A DNA stretch of 63,034 bases, filler included, from Elsinoe ampelina (GCA_010093995.1; 3 parts of 3 records of this genome joined end to end with filler, not necessarily neighbours in it); one strand, 5' to 3'. Positions 38,322 to 50,755 are shown, numbered from the whole stretch's first letter. Program-made: numbers and translations. The notes: a model not told the origin generated them from the letters alone.

Positions 38322-39212
38322 ATGGCGGAATCAGACCAGACTACAGCAGAACCGACGCTTGAGCAGGTCACAGCAGAGCGTGATGCCTTGCAGAAAAAAG
38401 TCAAGAGTCTCGAGTTTGTCATCGACACCCTGCGCACCGCAAACACAGGACTCCTGGACATGCTCAAATCCTCTCGACACACTACTGACGTGCTGGTGGA
38501 TACGGCTCGTCTGCAAGAACCTCTGGAGATGGCTACACCAGAATCGCTGCTTCTCCAACAGCAGAAGACCAACATTCTCGACACCAGCTGGCCAATCACA
38601 CGAGGAAGAAATCAGGAAGAGGAAGATATCATGAACAGCTGGGCTGCAGCAGGACCGTTTCATATCCCACAGGAGCATCGTGACCGTCTCCAGAGAAGCC
38701 ATGCGGCATTCGAGGACACAATCGAGATGGAAGCGGAGGACATTCGACCTCGTGAAGCACGTCGTCTCCAGGCCGCAAAAGAGGTCAGAGATGCTGGGGA
38801 GGGTGCTAAGCATAGCCGATCAGTGGACGAGGCGGCGAAGAGGCCTGCTGAAGCCATCGCTGAGGCTCCTTTGAAAGGCAAAGATCCAAACGACCCCAAG
38901 AACTGGAGACCTTACCTGCCGGAGGAGATCATATCGACTCATCGCATCAAGACCAAGGACGGCAGATTCTTTCTCGACAGAGACACATCCAAGATGCGTT
39001 TCTCCGGCGAGTACACAATCCTCCGCCTTCTGCCCATCTACACCGTCGACGCCAACATGCCTTCAGTCAAGGTTCTCCTGACCCGCATTCGAGGCATGGA
39101 TCCACTCGTCACAAATGCTGTCAGGATCGCTCAAGAGGTGGATAGTCTCAAAACAACACTCGGTCTCAAGGGGGAGAAGGATGTACTTCTCTCCTCATCC
39201 GACAATCATTGA
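38322..39212 (+). CDS. Hypothetical protein with N-terminal coiled coil
   Basis: First ATG at 38322; LEQVTAERDALQKKVKSLEFVIDTLRTANTGLL heptad pattern; ~296 aa open frame. Confidence 0.55.
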   Translation: MAESDQTTAEPTLEQVTAERDALQKKVKSLEFVIDTLRTANTGLLDMLKSSRHTTDVLVDTARLQEPLEMATPESLLLQQQKTNILDTSWPITRGRNQEEEDIMNSWAAAGPFHIPQEHRDRLQRSHAAFEDTIEMEAEDIRPREARRLQAAKEVRDAGEGAKHSRSVDEAAKRPAEAIAEAPLKGKDPNDPKNWRPYLPEEIISTHRIKTKDGRFFLDRDTSKMRFSGEYTILRLLPIYTVDANMPSVKVLLTRIRGMDPLVTNAVRIAQEVDSLKTTLGLKGEKDVLLSSSDNH

Positions 39213-39315
39213 ATCTCCTACCATCCTGTACTTCATCCCTCTTGCCCTCACTCAAGCAGTTCAGCATCATCCGCTCCATCGGCTGCTTCATTCGCAAGCC
39301 ATCCACAAAACAACT

Positions 39316-40495
39316 ATGTCATCTGTCCAATTATCTCAGCACACAGCGGATTCAATAAGCGAATATGTATTGCAAGCGACGGAGAGGGATCCTGGAGAGG
39401 GCTGGGTGGCGTCTACTGTGGAAACCACGGATGACATACTCGTTGGGCCGCTGTTGGCTGAAATACTCGCCGAAATGGAACAACAGGAACTAGATTACGT
39501 TGAGAAGAACGGACGTTACATCAGTAGGGGATACAGGGAGTTGATGGAGAGGCAGACAAGATTGCTGGACCCCCTGAGGGAGGCTGCTCCTACAAGCGAG
39601 TTAGGAGGAGACCTCGGAGTGACCGATCAGATGATTCCTGCGCTTGCTCACAAGTATGTCAGCGATGGGGATATCTTCACCACTGTCGAACAGCCAAGCA
39701 AAGAGCGACAGCATGCAGCAAGATTCTTCTCCGACGTGTTCGGTGTGGACAATGCAGTTCGCCGGGTGTCTATTCGAGAATTTCTGGTCAAGGCTCAAGT
39801 CCACGTTCTTTCCTGTGTCAAGTCAAAGGTCATCTCACCATCCGCCCGTGTTTGGATCAGTCTGTTGATGGAACTCGTCCCGCGCACTTACGGTATCGAC
39901 TTCGCCATCGCCCTATCCCTTCTCGACAGCGTGACCGCCATGTACCTCCCAGAGGACATAAAGCCGAAAGACCGCAGCCGGTGGAGAGACTACTTGAAAA
40001 TGTTCACTCCACAGAGCTGCCTTTCCATGGGACTTCTGTCGGTCCTGGTGCTCGTCCGCTTCAAGAAAAGAGTTACGGATTCATCTGAATGGGATTCCAG
40101 GTTTCGAGCTTCCATGAAAGGTATACTGGATGGGATGGATGCCAACGATACGCCAATCTTTGATCTTATCACCAGAGCTATCGCGATGCCGGGCTATGGT
40201 GGCGCCACCTCAAGAAGCGGTGAAGTGGGATGGGCTGGAGGCATACCTGGTCTTCGCTTGCAGGACGAGGGGAGGAGAAGGGGAGCCGCTGCCAAAGGAG
40301 GCTTGCCTGTTCATTCGAGAGCTGGGTGAGGTGACCCTTGTGCTCGGTCCGCCTGGGTTTTACAAGCCATTGGACGTGGAGTATGTCATGTGGTCTCACG
40401 TGTTTCACGCTCTGGGTCCCCTTGGAGGTACCCGAGCCTTGCCCTTCATCAACAAGCATTATCGTCCCCTGGATCGATCCACAAGGAATACATAG
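39316..40495 (+). CDS. Hypothetical protein (orphan family member 1), with one predicted intron or a frameshift
   Basis: ATG at 39316; a 55-nt GT..AG intron at 40121-40175 joins the 39115 and 40130 ORF frames. Confidence 0.55.
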
Positions 40496-41947
40496 GGAAG
40501 CATGATTTTGGTACGAAATTTCGTTGGATCTGATAGTTTGTTGGATACGTGCCGAAAAATAGATGCCATCGACTTTGCCACGTTCAGTCCGTGCACGTTT
40601 GGCTTTTGGCCGAGTCCTTGACGTTCCTCCTTCCACCCATACAACATCTCCTTCCCTCCTCCAGATCACGCGTGGCCATTGTAGCGACTACATCATTGCG
40701 TCCATAATGTTCTTTCCATCAAGCACGTCAGGGATGGTGATGCTTCCAGGCTCACGACCGACCAGACCTCTCCGCCTTCGACTCCATCCCCGACGACGCA
40801 TCACATAGCTTCCGAACAGTATGCAAGAGACGGAGTATTGGGATACGCAGTGTGTCAAGAGTCAATTGACGGAAAAGCGTCAATGGCGGGATACAGCAAC
40901 GATCCCATCACCTGCTCGGGACCATGCCTGTCACCAAACCTGCCACCACCGCTTCTGCGCCATCGCAACGAGCCCAGCAGATTGAAGAGAGTGGGCTCGT
41001 CCACATGATCGAAGAGACTGGTGATGGCAAGGATCGAGAAGATGTGCCGGGCAATGGTCTTGTCGAATCACTCAGCTTGGGAAGAGTCGGAGGTTGGCCA
41101 TAGCCGGACACCCTGAAGCACTACTCAGCAGAGCTGGATAGCGGACAACACACAGACAATGAGATCTCAGCGTTCACGACCGGGTTGATGCGAGGCGTAA
41201 TTGGAGATGGTAAATGTGTACGCGGCGAGGACTGTCCGCACTCTGTGCAGGACCATGCGACTGACACGAGGGATGGTGCTGTTCTATTTACCCTTTCCCT
41301 TCCGCATCACGAACTACCTGCAAGCTCTTGGATCTGTCAAGTCTCCTCCTGGTGCAGGTGGTCTTCCTCGATGAGGTACCAAATTTCCGCGGCGGACCTG
41401 CAGGGCACATGTATGTAGAGCTTTCCGCATCTGGCTCAAGCTCTATGGCCTCGTTTTCACATTGCACTTTTTCTTTTCCGCTTTCTTTTCCTCCAACCTC
41501 TTCTTCTCAGTCTTCCTGTAGGAACAACCGCTCTCTCATCTCTCATTTTGTCCAAACCACACTTTTCCTTTCGCACAGCACAAGCTGCCAGATCGTCCAT
41601 TCACTGGAGCTACAGCCAGCGCAGCCTGCACAATCCAGCTAAAACCTGGACGTCGTTGATCAAGACCAATTCCTCTCGAAACCCGCAACCACTCCACCTT
41701 ACCCACAGGGTTGTGATTCCTCAGCGCATCCCGGCGCGAGCTTTGCCCTTTCAACAACAGAATCAACGCCAGCACCGCAGCAATTCAAGACCATTTCAGC
41801 CAGCCCGCCAGACCACGCCCTAGATCCAACATGGCTGATGGCCCTATTGCCCAAGAATGGCGGCGGCGATTCCTGCGGCTCCGAACGGCATACTTGTCCA
41901 AGGACGAGCGATGTTCTGCGACCGACCTTGACGATCCTTAAGAGGCC

Positions 41948-44900
41948 ATGGACGACTTGAAGGCCACCGAAGATCTCATTCGCTGCAAGACTCGTGCTGA
42001 GCGAGCTGAGGCAAACATCAAAGGCTGTCGCGAAGAGAGAGATGAGTGGGAAGCAAAGTTTTATCAACTGCAAAATCAGAGAACGGCCACGGATGCAAAA
42101 GGAAAAGCGGTGGCCGAAGAGAACAGCCGACTCAAGCAAGGGATAGCACACTGGGAGGTCGCCGCCAGGACACATGGCTGTCGCAGTGCCAAGGAGTCGC
42201 TCATCTTTGTCAATTCGATGAAGGAGGAGCTGGCGACGACGAAGGATGAGAATGGAGAACTGCGCTCGCGTATCGCAGTATTGCAAGCACAGCAACAGGC
42301 TTTGGTCAACGTTGAGCAGTCTCGTCGGCAGAACCCGAGGAACAACTTGGTAGTCATCGTCAGCGAGGCGCAGAACAATGCCACCGCCCTCGCCGCCATC
42401 GCCAGGACAGCATTTGATGCTCAACAGTCTGCCATCAGTCGCCTAGGCGTCATCAATAACAATCGCAACCACATCGCGTCACTTCAGACTCGTCTCACGA
42501 CAGCCACGAACAACTTGGCCACCACGACGACCAACCTGACCACTACCACGAACAACCTGGCCACCACCACGACCAACCTCAATACAGCTCTGGCCAATCA
42601 CAACAACGCCCAGAACGCGTTGAATGCCGAAATCACACAACATGGGATCACACGAAACCAATCACAGACCGAGCAGCAGACATCCGGGAGGCTCAGGAAC
42701 CAGGTCTCAACAGCTAATAACGCCGCCGCAACCGGTACCCGCGCCACCGCCCAAGTGCAGGCACAGCTCAACACTGAGAATGCCGATCTACGAACCGCTA
42801 ATGCCGATCTGCAAACTGCGAGAAACGATCTGAATACTGCGAACACCAATCTACAGGCTGCGAATCGAAGACACAGGACGAGAGATACAGCAGACCGCAT
42901 TACCACTGGCCAGATGGCGAATCTTACGCGGGACTTGGCCACGGCCCGCACCAGCGAGGCGAATCTCAGGGGTCAGGTCAGGCTCTTGATGTCTGCGGTA
43001 GCCTTTCTACTCACAGCGGTCCGTCGCGAGCAGCGTCTGAAGGCGTACACAGTTTGTGTTCATGTCGTCACCACCGCCACACGCAAAAGGCTCATCAGCA
43101 TCCTCCGCACTCGGCTATCGAAAACTCAGAATGACCTTGCGAATGCGACTCAGCAGCTGGGGGTTACTCAAGCCTCTCTGGCCCGCTCTCAGTCCGCGCA
43201 CGGCTCCAGTGTCGTGCAAGTTCGACTTCTCCGTCAGCGGCTCGGCCCAATGAACCGGCAGGCCGCAGCCCTCCGCGCCATGAAGCTCGACAGGGACGTT
43301 CAGCTCGCTCTCAAGAAGCACTACCAGCTGCAGTTCAGGGTCGCGGCTGGGTACTACTGCATGGAACGACTGGTCAGCGAGAATTGGGAGCATGCACACA
43401 CCAGGGCGCAGTCTCAAGCTGCTGGTGATATGGCCCGCCGCATTCAAGCGGAAACCGACTACAACAAAGCTCAAAGACAGATGCGTCGTTTGGGAGGGGT
43501 ACACAGGGCCTTCGTCGAGCTGTGCAAAGTCAAATTCGTCCGACTCGCGAACCGCCTCATTAGGTATGAGAAGGAGGATGTTCAAGAGAAGGAGCAGCCA
43601 GACCTCGACATGACTAGCCTCCAACCTTACCTCGAGCGGTATCCATTGTACGTGAAGCTCCGGCATCTCCAGACTAGGGGTGGGGAAATTCCAGATCTGG
43701 TTGTCCTTGTCACTAGCTTTGCGAGCAACGAACACTACTACGACAGCCCTGGGATCGAGAAGAAGCTCCACAGAACAGTCATGGACCCGTTGAAGTGGTT
43801 GAGTATCTCTCCCAGCTCGTTGCGCTCCGGAGGCCTACGTTGGATGGCCGTCACGGTCTCGGTCCATACCATGTGCCTTGCGCATCAGAGCGGCGCCGTC
43901 CTTGACAAGAGCCTGACACCGAGAGTTCATGCGCTCTTCTTGCTATTGGTCAGCATGGCCCAACAATCGTCTGGACACTCTTTCGCGGTCCTTCTTCACG
44001 ACTTGATGATGTTGACCAGGCTGTTCGGGCTGCCAGAGGCCGACTGGGTGTATTGTCTAGACCTCGCCATGAACAACCGTCCCTACGACCAGTTGGGCTT
44101 GCTGGGTAAGATCTCCGCAGCTCTCCTCATCACCAGCACCTGCTCCGCAAGTGAGATCGACCAGCGTCTGCCGAATGGCGTGCCAGATCTGGTGTACAAC
44201 AGCAACAACCTCGGCCAACTGCTGGAGAACATGGCGACCACGAATGAGGACTTTACCTCGTACGATACGGACAAGGCGATGTGGTATTTCGTCAAAGATG
44301 CCGATCTGCCGGTCCCGCTGCTGATGAGGAATGATAATGACAGTCCAAACAATGGCTCTCGGCCTGCGAATGACGGAGCAGACAACGCCGCTGATGGTCA
44401 GAGGGACTCTGGAGACACTGATACACCTACCAACACAGCTGGCAGGGACGGACCCGGTGGTGTCGATTCAGGTGATGCGATGGACGTGGACAACCCGGAA
44501 ATTGAGGCTGGTGCCGCCGACAAGCAAGCTGACAAGCAAGCTCACAAGCCACCTTCTGGTGATTTTTCGAATGAATCCACACCTGAACCTCGTCACATCG
44601 ACCTCTACACCCCAGTCCGCATCGACAAGAAGGACAGCACCATTACCTGGATGATTGGTAATCCCAATGTCACCATGACCTACAGTGGCGATATCAATCT
44701 GGTCTGGGGGAAGACCACCCTCCACCTCAGGGACGACTTTGAAGACGAGAACTTCAACACCATCTCTGGATTGTACGCTCATCTGGTGGACCTGCAGGCT
44801 CCGCTCGAGGCTGATTCTTCACGTCAAATGGAGATGGACACCTCACGTCCAGCAGACTCCACCACTGAATCTGACGATAGGAGGGCCACAACCACGACTC

Positions 44901-44956
44901 AAGAAGACCCGCTCCAGCGCCAGCTTGATGAAATGAGAGCCCTTTTGGGCGAATGA
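41948..44956 (+). CDS. Large hypothetical coiled-coil protein (orphan family member 2), 1002 aa
   Basis: 3-kb open frame; long N/T/A-rich heptad region followed by a helical globular domain; a possible short upstream exon from ATG 41831. Confidence 0.75.
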   Translation: MDDLKATEDLIRCKTRAERAEANIKGCREERDEWEAKFYQLQNQRTATDAKGKAVAEENSRLKQGIAHWEVAARTHGCRSAKESLIFVNSMKEELATTKDENGELRSRIAVLQAQQQALVNVEQSRRQNPRNNLVVIVSEAQNNATALAAIARTAFDAQQSAISRLGVINNNRNHIASLQTRLTTATNNLATTTTNLTTTTNNLATTTTNLNTALANHNNAQNALNAEITQHGITRNQSQTEQQTSGRLRNQVSTANNAAATGTRATAQVQAQLNTENADLRTANADLQTARNDLNTANTNLQAANRRHRTRDTADRITTGQMANLTRDLATARTSEANLRGQVRLLMSAVAFLLTAVRREQRLKAYTVCVHVVTTATRKRLISILRTRLSKTQNDLANATQQLGVTQASLARSQSAHGSSVVQVRLLRQRLGPMNRQAAALRAMKLDRDVQLALKKHYQLQFRVAAGYYCMERLVSENWEHAHTRAQSQAAGDMARRIQAETDYNKAQRQMRRLGGVHRAFVELCKVKFVRLANRLIRYEKEDVQEKEQPDLDMTSLQPYLERYPLYVKLRHLQTRGGEIPDLVVLVTSFASNEHYYDSPGIEKKLHRTVMDPLKWLSISPSSLRSGGLRWMAVTVSVHTMCLAHQSGAVLDKSLTPRVHALFLLLVSMAQQSSGHSFAVLLHDLMMLTRLFGLPEADWVYCLDLAMNNRPYDQLGLLGKISAALLITSTCSASEIDQRLPNGVPDLVYNSNNLGQLLENMATTNEDFTSYDTDKAMWYFVKDADLPVPLLMRNDNDSPNNGSRPANDGADNAADGQRDSGDTDTPTNTAGRDGPGGVDSGDAMDVDNPEIEAGAADKQADKQAHKPPSGDFSNESTPEPRHIDLYTPVRIDKKDSTITWMIGNPNVTMTYSGDINLVWGKTTLHLRDDFEDENFNTISGLYAHLVDLQAPLEADSSRQMEMDTSRPADSTTESDDRRATTTTQEDPLQRQLDEMRALLGE

Positions 44957-45969
44957 GACAAAGGTAAGCGTCGAAGTTCCGCCATCATTTGAAGCTGAAC
45001 TGACTTGAATGTACGGAGACCACGCTCCTACTGTTCGCGCTCATGACCAGGTTGAGCAGCATTCCATAGCATATACATTCTTCCGTTCCTCCAATGTGTC
45101 CTTGGTGATGGTGACTATCTCCCGTACACGCCGATGTCCATCAACGCCGTCTCCGGGTTCGGCGGCTTCATCTCCGGCTATTCCAGGGGCATCTAACAAG
45201 CATGGTAGAACGCCGACCTGGGCATCCCGCTTCGCATGCCCCAGCAATGGGTGTGCCCGAAGGTGGGATCCAGATCCATGCGTTTGTCACCAGATCTAGG
45301 GGTTTGTCACTGCGCCGAAGTGGATCCCATAGCTAGCCGCTCGTGCATAACGACATGTCGACGGAACGAATGCATACCTGAGGCTCGGCATGTGCGGAAC
45401 TCCATCCGATCGGGCTCCGCGCCACATATCAGAATCCCCACGGAAGGACATGGGTTGTGACCAGCGCCATTACCGAAACGACAAAAGGACAGGAAACATC
45501 GCTGTTCCGGCAGTGCTCGATCAACGCCACACCGGACAAACCTGGTCCGAGACATACATGAAGAATCATTCGCGACCGTGAAGCACGTCCATGGTCCTCG
45601 TTCGACGTCCCCATCGTGCCAAACGGACGATCAACACTACAGCGGCTCGCCGTCCTTAATGCGCGGTCTGAAACAGCATCCTTTCCAGATCGGTCAGCCG
45701 TGCATCCCCAGCAACCACTTGGCTAAGTTCGGCCTTGTCCCGATGCGCTTGACGTTCCCAGGTGCGACAGGAACTTGGCAAACAACAGTGTACGTGGGTG
45801 AATGTATCCTCATCGTGATCCGTGCTGGTGACGAGGTAATCCAAGGCAATCGACATGTGAGATCACATGGTCCTCTCTTCCACCTTCCATGCCCGGCATG
45901 ACTTGTACAGCCTGAAAGATAGCTCAAGAAATTTCTTGCGAAAGCTCTGCCTCCACTCTTCTCTCACAT

Positions 45970-46325
45970 CAATTCCCATGATGATCAGGTCGGTGATGAT
46001 GTTGGTGACGCACTGGATAGTTGTCTGAAGGTATCCCTTGACGCACTGGCCCGGCTGGGGATTGAGTTGCCAATAGAGGTGGAACGGCCTGCACTGAAGG
46101 AAGGTGGCGAGGGTGACCAGGACGAACGAGCCGAGGATGAAGGCGATGCTGCCACGGATGGCGTATTTCATCCATGGTAAGTGAGCGATGAAGCGGCGGT
46201 AGAGCAAGAGAAGGAGGAGGCCCATTGACCACAAGCTGGAAGTGGTCAAGACGCGGCCGACGAGGGAGAGGACGGAGCCGGCGTGGATGTGGGCGAGGTC
46301 TTGCTCGGTGAGCTTGAATCTACTC
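45970..46325 (-). pseudogene. Internal fragment of a Pth11-like (fungal rhodopsin-domain) membrane protein gene
   Basis: LLLLLYRRF...TFLQCRPFHLYWQLNPQPGQC...TNIITDLII is the Pth11-like TM3-TM5 signature; flanking sequence lacks the other TM helices. Confidence 0.65.
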
Positions 46326-47915
46326 CTGTAGTGGAAGTGTCTCGAATGGGCTGGAAATACAAACCAGGCTGGTACAAACCTGCGGGGATTTATTGTTGGA
46401 CGTGGAGTATTTCCTCCACACAATACACTTGTCTTGGGCGTAGAAGGAGGGGCCTTTGACTCCACCATCGGCATCGCCTAGACGGCAATGCACGATTGCG
46501 AGGTCTCTCCCAGTGCTGGTTCCAACTCTTCATGCATGACAGTACCACTGTGTCAGCCATTGGATTGCAACTCTTGCTCGAGAACCGTGGTCGCTCACGT
46601 TCGAGTTGGTTCGGTGTCTTTGGGAACGGTTGGGGGGGGTTTGGTCGGTCATATCTAGCACGCGAAGCTGTTGTTCGAGTTGTAATGATATCCCCTGAGA
46701 CGAATCTGTGACTTGCGAGTCGAAAGAAATAGGCTGACGGGGGCGAGCAGTGGTTTCTGAGGCGTTATCGCATAGAGTGCATGAAGGTATGGTGGGTACC
46801 ATGCGCGCGGTGATTACATAAGCATCTCTCCGAGTCCATCTTCCCGCGGCAAGTCCCTACCTCTTCCACCACAAACAGCAACCTTTCGTCACTGTCCGGT
46901 ATTGCTTCTGCACTGACTGCTCTCTTCGAGAACGGATTGATCATGTCCGCCTTAAGACCTCGTCCGCCATCAGCCGAATTAGCCTCCAGCGACCCGCCAA
47001 GCGAACTGCATGGTGCGCCGTCATTATCTTGAGGTAGACCCGCATGGATGGTCTTTTTCACAGGATCTCTGTGGAAAGAGCTAGGAGACTGAGGGGGGTC
47101 AATGATTGCAATGGAGAGAATGCAGAGCGGTAAGTCGGAAGAGTCGGGTCGAGAAGTAGACACCCATACCGGCACGTTTGCCTGCACCTCGTATAACCGT
47201 ACGTTTCTACGCACTGGGGGAGGGACTGTCAGAGATCAGATAGGATCTATCAGTCTTCAAATGACGTGGTAAGTTTTCTCCTCTCCGAGGCGTCGACTCG
47301 CCCGGCCTCCATGCCTGGTTGAAGAGGTAGGTTGGTGGTCGAAGATGGCGGGTTTCGTAGCTCTTCGGAGGCAGGGATGGCGCCGGTACACTCTTTCCTG
47401 TACTGAATTCAGCTCGCATATCGTTGGCATGACGGCGGAGTGGAAGGGCCGGCGCGTTAGGAGGCTACCACATACCATGGAGAAGGTCTCGGTGCTATGT
47501 ATAGTCAGCCAATTTGGTGCTGTACCATCTGTACCGCCACCTCGAGAATGGGCTGGGACTTGGGAAGGGCGTGGCGAGGATCGACAAAAGGATGTCAGGT
47601 AGCGGCAGTGGCATATAGTCGAATCATCAATACGAGAATGTAGTGGGGTCTGCAAGCCACCCCAAAGCAAACCGAGAAACAATCCGTGATCTGCTGGCCT
47701 TGATGTCGGGATCTCGTTACTGTAGGCGTACTTTGTATCTGGCAGGGAATGTGCATTCTTGGTAACGCCTGGCCTGGTCTTTCCCTTCCGTGCCAACCTC
47801 TCCAAGCCGAATAACATTTCGACAACATCTCGACAGATACCACAACGATTAGATGGCTATGAGTATCCCTCTGGATTGATCCTGCACCTGTGCCATAGGC
47901 CTCTGAGCGAGTGCA

Positions 47916-49144
47916 ATGGACCCGGAATTCGGGGACGATGAGCAAGGGCGCTTCCAATCCATCACCTCTCCGCAGCTGATCAGCGTGATGGTGCTTTGGC
48001 TGCTGACCGGATCATGCATGTCTGCTGTTGGGGTATTCATCGCACCGATCAAGAGCCAATATGGACTCGGCGATGGACAAGCCGCCATCATCTTCGCCGC
48101 CAGCACTTGTGGGTACCTGGCCGCCACCGCAACTCTTGGGCGAATCGTTGCTCGCGGTTGGAGGACCATGGCTGAGATGGTGCTCCTAGCAGCTCTCATA
48201 GGCTCTACAGTACTCAGTTTTGGTCCTCCTTTTCCGATTGTACTGCTCGGCTATGCTGTTCTCATGTTTGGCCTCGGTATGGGTGACTCTGGCTTCAATA
48301 TATGGGCATCTCAGACGACACGACCGCATGTGGTTCAAGGGTTCATGCACAGCTCATTCTCGCTCGGAAGTGTCCTCGGCCCGTTGCTAGCAGCGTTTTT
48401 GGTCAGATACGGCTGGTCTTCATTCTATCGTCTGATGGTATGCATAGAGATAGTCCACCTCTCCAGTCACCTTGGCTGACCGACCAGATTTTTGGCCAGC
48501 TTGCTTGCGGCATCTCGTTTCACTACTCATTCCCGAAGCATACCATTCTTTCTCCATCTCCCGACGATGATTGTACAGGTCGTCGGGTCTGGCACCTACC
48601 CCCAGTCTGGGTCTGTTCGGTCTTCTTTCTCTTCTATGTTGGCAGCGAGGCCATCTTCACCGACTGGGGCCCCGAATATGCGAGAAGGGCGAAGGGAGCC
48701 TCGTCGACATCATCATCCCTGGCATCTTCCTTGTTCTGGCTGGGCATGGCGATGGGGCGGCTCATTCTCGGGTTTGTAACCCAGAAGGTGGGTGCCAGAT
48801 CCGTCATCTGGCATCTCACAGCGGCTGCCTGTCTACAAAACCTCTTTCGCTGTGAAGACTTAGATGTATTCTACACGACCGTCTTCGCTATCGGCTTCTT
48901 TCTCGGACCCACCTTTCCCTCTGCAATCTTGGTCCTCACGAAGGCCATACCGGCCCACTGCACCTCTAATGCTGTTGCCATCGCCGTCGCCGTCGGGCAG
49001 GTTGGAGCGGCTGTCACGCCATTGTCCCTGGGTTTCCTCTCAGATCGAGTCGGCCTTGCGCATCTGCCCGATGTTTCGTCGACATATTCCATCCTGGTCA
49101 TTGGACTGTGGCTAATTCTTCTATCACGACAACAAGGATCATAA
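47916..49144 (+). CDS. MFS transporter (TsgA/Bsc6-like), 2 exons
   Basis: Multiple hydrophobic helices; GFMHSSFSLGSVLGP, FFLFYVGSE, FWLGMAMGR, GFFLGPTFP; intron ~48438-48488. Confidence 0.85.
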
Positions 49145-49342
49145 ATGAAGCTTCATATTTATGCAGAGAGAATATCGCGGAGAATCACAAAGAAAACCTC
49201 TGGACCAGACCAGACCGATCGAAATACAACCATCCTTCAATGCTTGCCCAGTCGACCACCATACATTCGCCTCTCCCGGCGCACACCCCAACATCAATTC
49301 CGTTCCCGACCCGATGGGTGCTCAGTGGCTATCCATCAGCCC

Positions 49343-50755
49343 TCATGGCCACTCCCTCATCATAGCATGCAGCTGGGCACGATCGGTCGGATCGTAGTGA
49401 GGACTTTCCTTGACTCCCCAAGACCAGTACACTTGCCCTGTCTGGGCGCCGCGTTCCTCCATTGGCCTTCCAGACAACATATCGCTAGCTTGCCCGTCGA
49501 TGTAGAAACAGACCTGTCCCATGCGATCTTGTCGCTGTCTCAGAATTGTCGCCCTGGGTCTGGAGTGAAGACAGACGGTCTGGATGCCGCTGGGGATGCA
49601 GCGGAGCTTATCCCAAAGACGAAGAAACACAAAACTGGGCTTCAGTCGAATCCCGAACACTTCCACCTTCTCGCCGGGGCTGAACAAGGACGGGAGATGG
49701 AGAAGAGCGTCCATGGTGTTGCCGTAGCGAGAAACTATGTTGTATGTCTCCCGGCTGATGTATCTGAGAGCGACGGGCTTCGGAAGTACGGTCCTGACGA
49801 ATTGACCAAAAACGACCTTGGAAAGAACGCAAAGATCCTCGAAACACACTTCACTGAGGATGACATTGTCGATGAACCACTTCCAATACCGCTCATCACT
49901 GGTTGTATACTTGGTTGCGAGACACTGTAGCAGGGACAGACATCGGGCCCAGTCGACAGTCGAGGATACCGCCAGCATTTCGGACAAGGCGTTGAAGAGG
50001 AATGCAGCAAGACCAGTGTCCCTCGATTCGTGGAAACGGTCCCACAGAATCACCTTCTGGTAGTCGGCAAGAAGATTCCTGTTGAAGTAGTGGCCAGGTC
50101 CTCCAGTATCGCGCAGGGTCCTGAGGATGGCGCACATTTCGACGTTGTACGCATCCATCTCATGCGCTCCGGGCATCCCGATGTTCCCAGACCCACCGTA
50201 ACCCGTCACTGTCCTTGCCAGAGGTTGCATTCTCAGTCTGGAGTTGTTGCGTCTTTGCAGACTATAAAGAAATGGCGCTATGAATTGGCGTCCTTGAAGA
50301 TCTTGGATCTTGTACATGTCTGCCAAACCACGACGACCCAGCATTGTGCCGACCAAGTTCTCAATGGCACGGGCGTCAGGCACGCGAGACATCAGTCGTT
50401 CCAAGACCCTCGCATCCTCGATTCGGACCCTTCTCGCAACCACCAAGTCTCGTTGCAAGGTCGTTGCCAATCTAGTCCTGGCGGTCTTGACCGCATCAAG
50501 CTCTACATTTGTGTTTCGGAGACTTGCATTCTGGAAGCGAAGAGAATCGTTTGCCGCTTTGAGGGATGCATTCTCCCGGGCAAGCTCTGTATGTTTGCGA
50601 CTGAGGCAGATGAGCCGAGTGGTGAGCTTGTCGTTGATCTGGGCCAGTGATGCTGCAGCTGTAGATACGTCCGTTGCGCAGAGGTTCAGGATTTTCCTGG
50701 CATTCTCAGATTCGAGTAGGATGTCGCCAATGCTGTTGATACTAGGGTCTTCCAT
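49343..50755 (-). CDS. Hypothetical coiled-coil protein (orphan family member 3), 470 aa
   Basis: Intronless ORF; N-terminal heptads (LARENASLKAANDSLRFQNASLRNTNVEL); helical C-terminal domain. Confidence 0.7.
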   Translation of the reverse strand: MEDPSINSIGDILLESENARKILNLCATDVSTAAASLAQINDKLTTRLICLSRKHTELARENASLKAANDSLRFQNASLRNTNVELDAVKTARTRLATTLQRDLVVARRVRIEDARVLERLMSRVPDARAIENLVGTMLGRRGLADMYKIQDLQGRQFIAPFLYSLQRRNNSRLRMQPLARTVTGYGGSGNIGMPGAHEMDAYNVEMCAILRTLRDTGGPGHYFNRNLLADYQKVILWDRFHESRDTGLAAFLFNALSEMLAVSSTVDWARCLSLLQCLATKYTTSDERYWKWFIDNVILSEVCFEDLCVLSKVVFGQFVRTVLPKPVALRYISRETYNIVSRYGNTMDALLHLPSLFSPGEKVEVFGIRLKPSFVFLRLWDKLRCIPSGIQTVCLHSRPRATILRQRQDRMGQVCFYIDGQASDMLSGRPMEERGAQTGQVYWSWGVKESPHYDPTDRAQLHAMMREWP

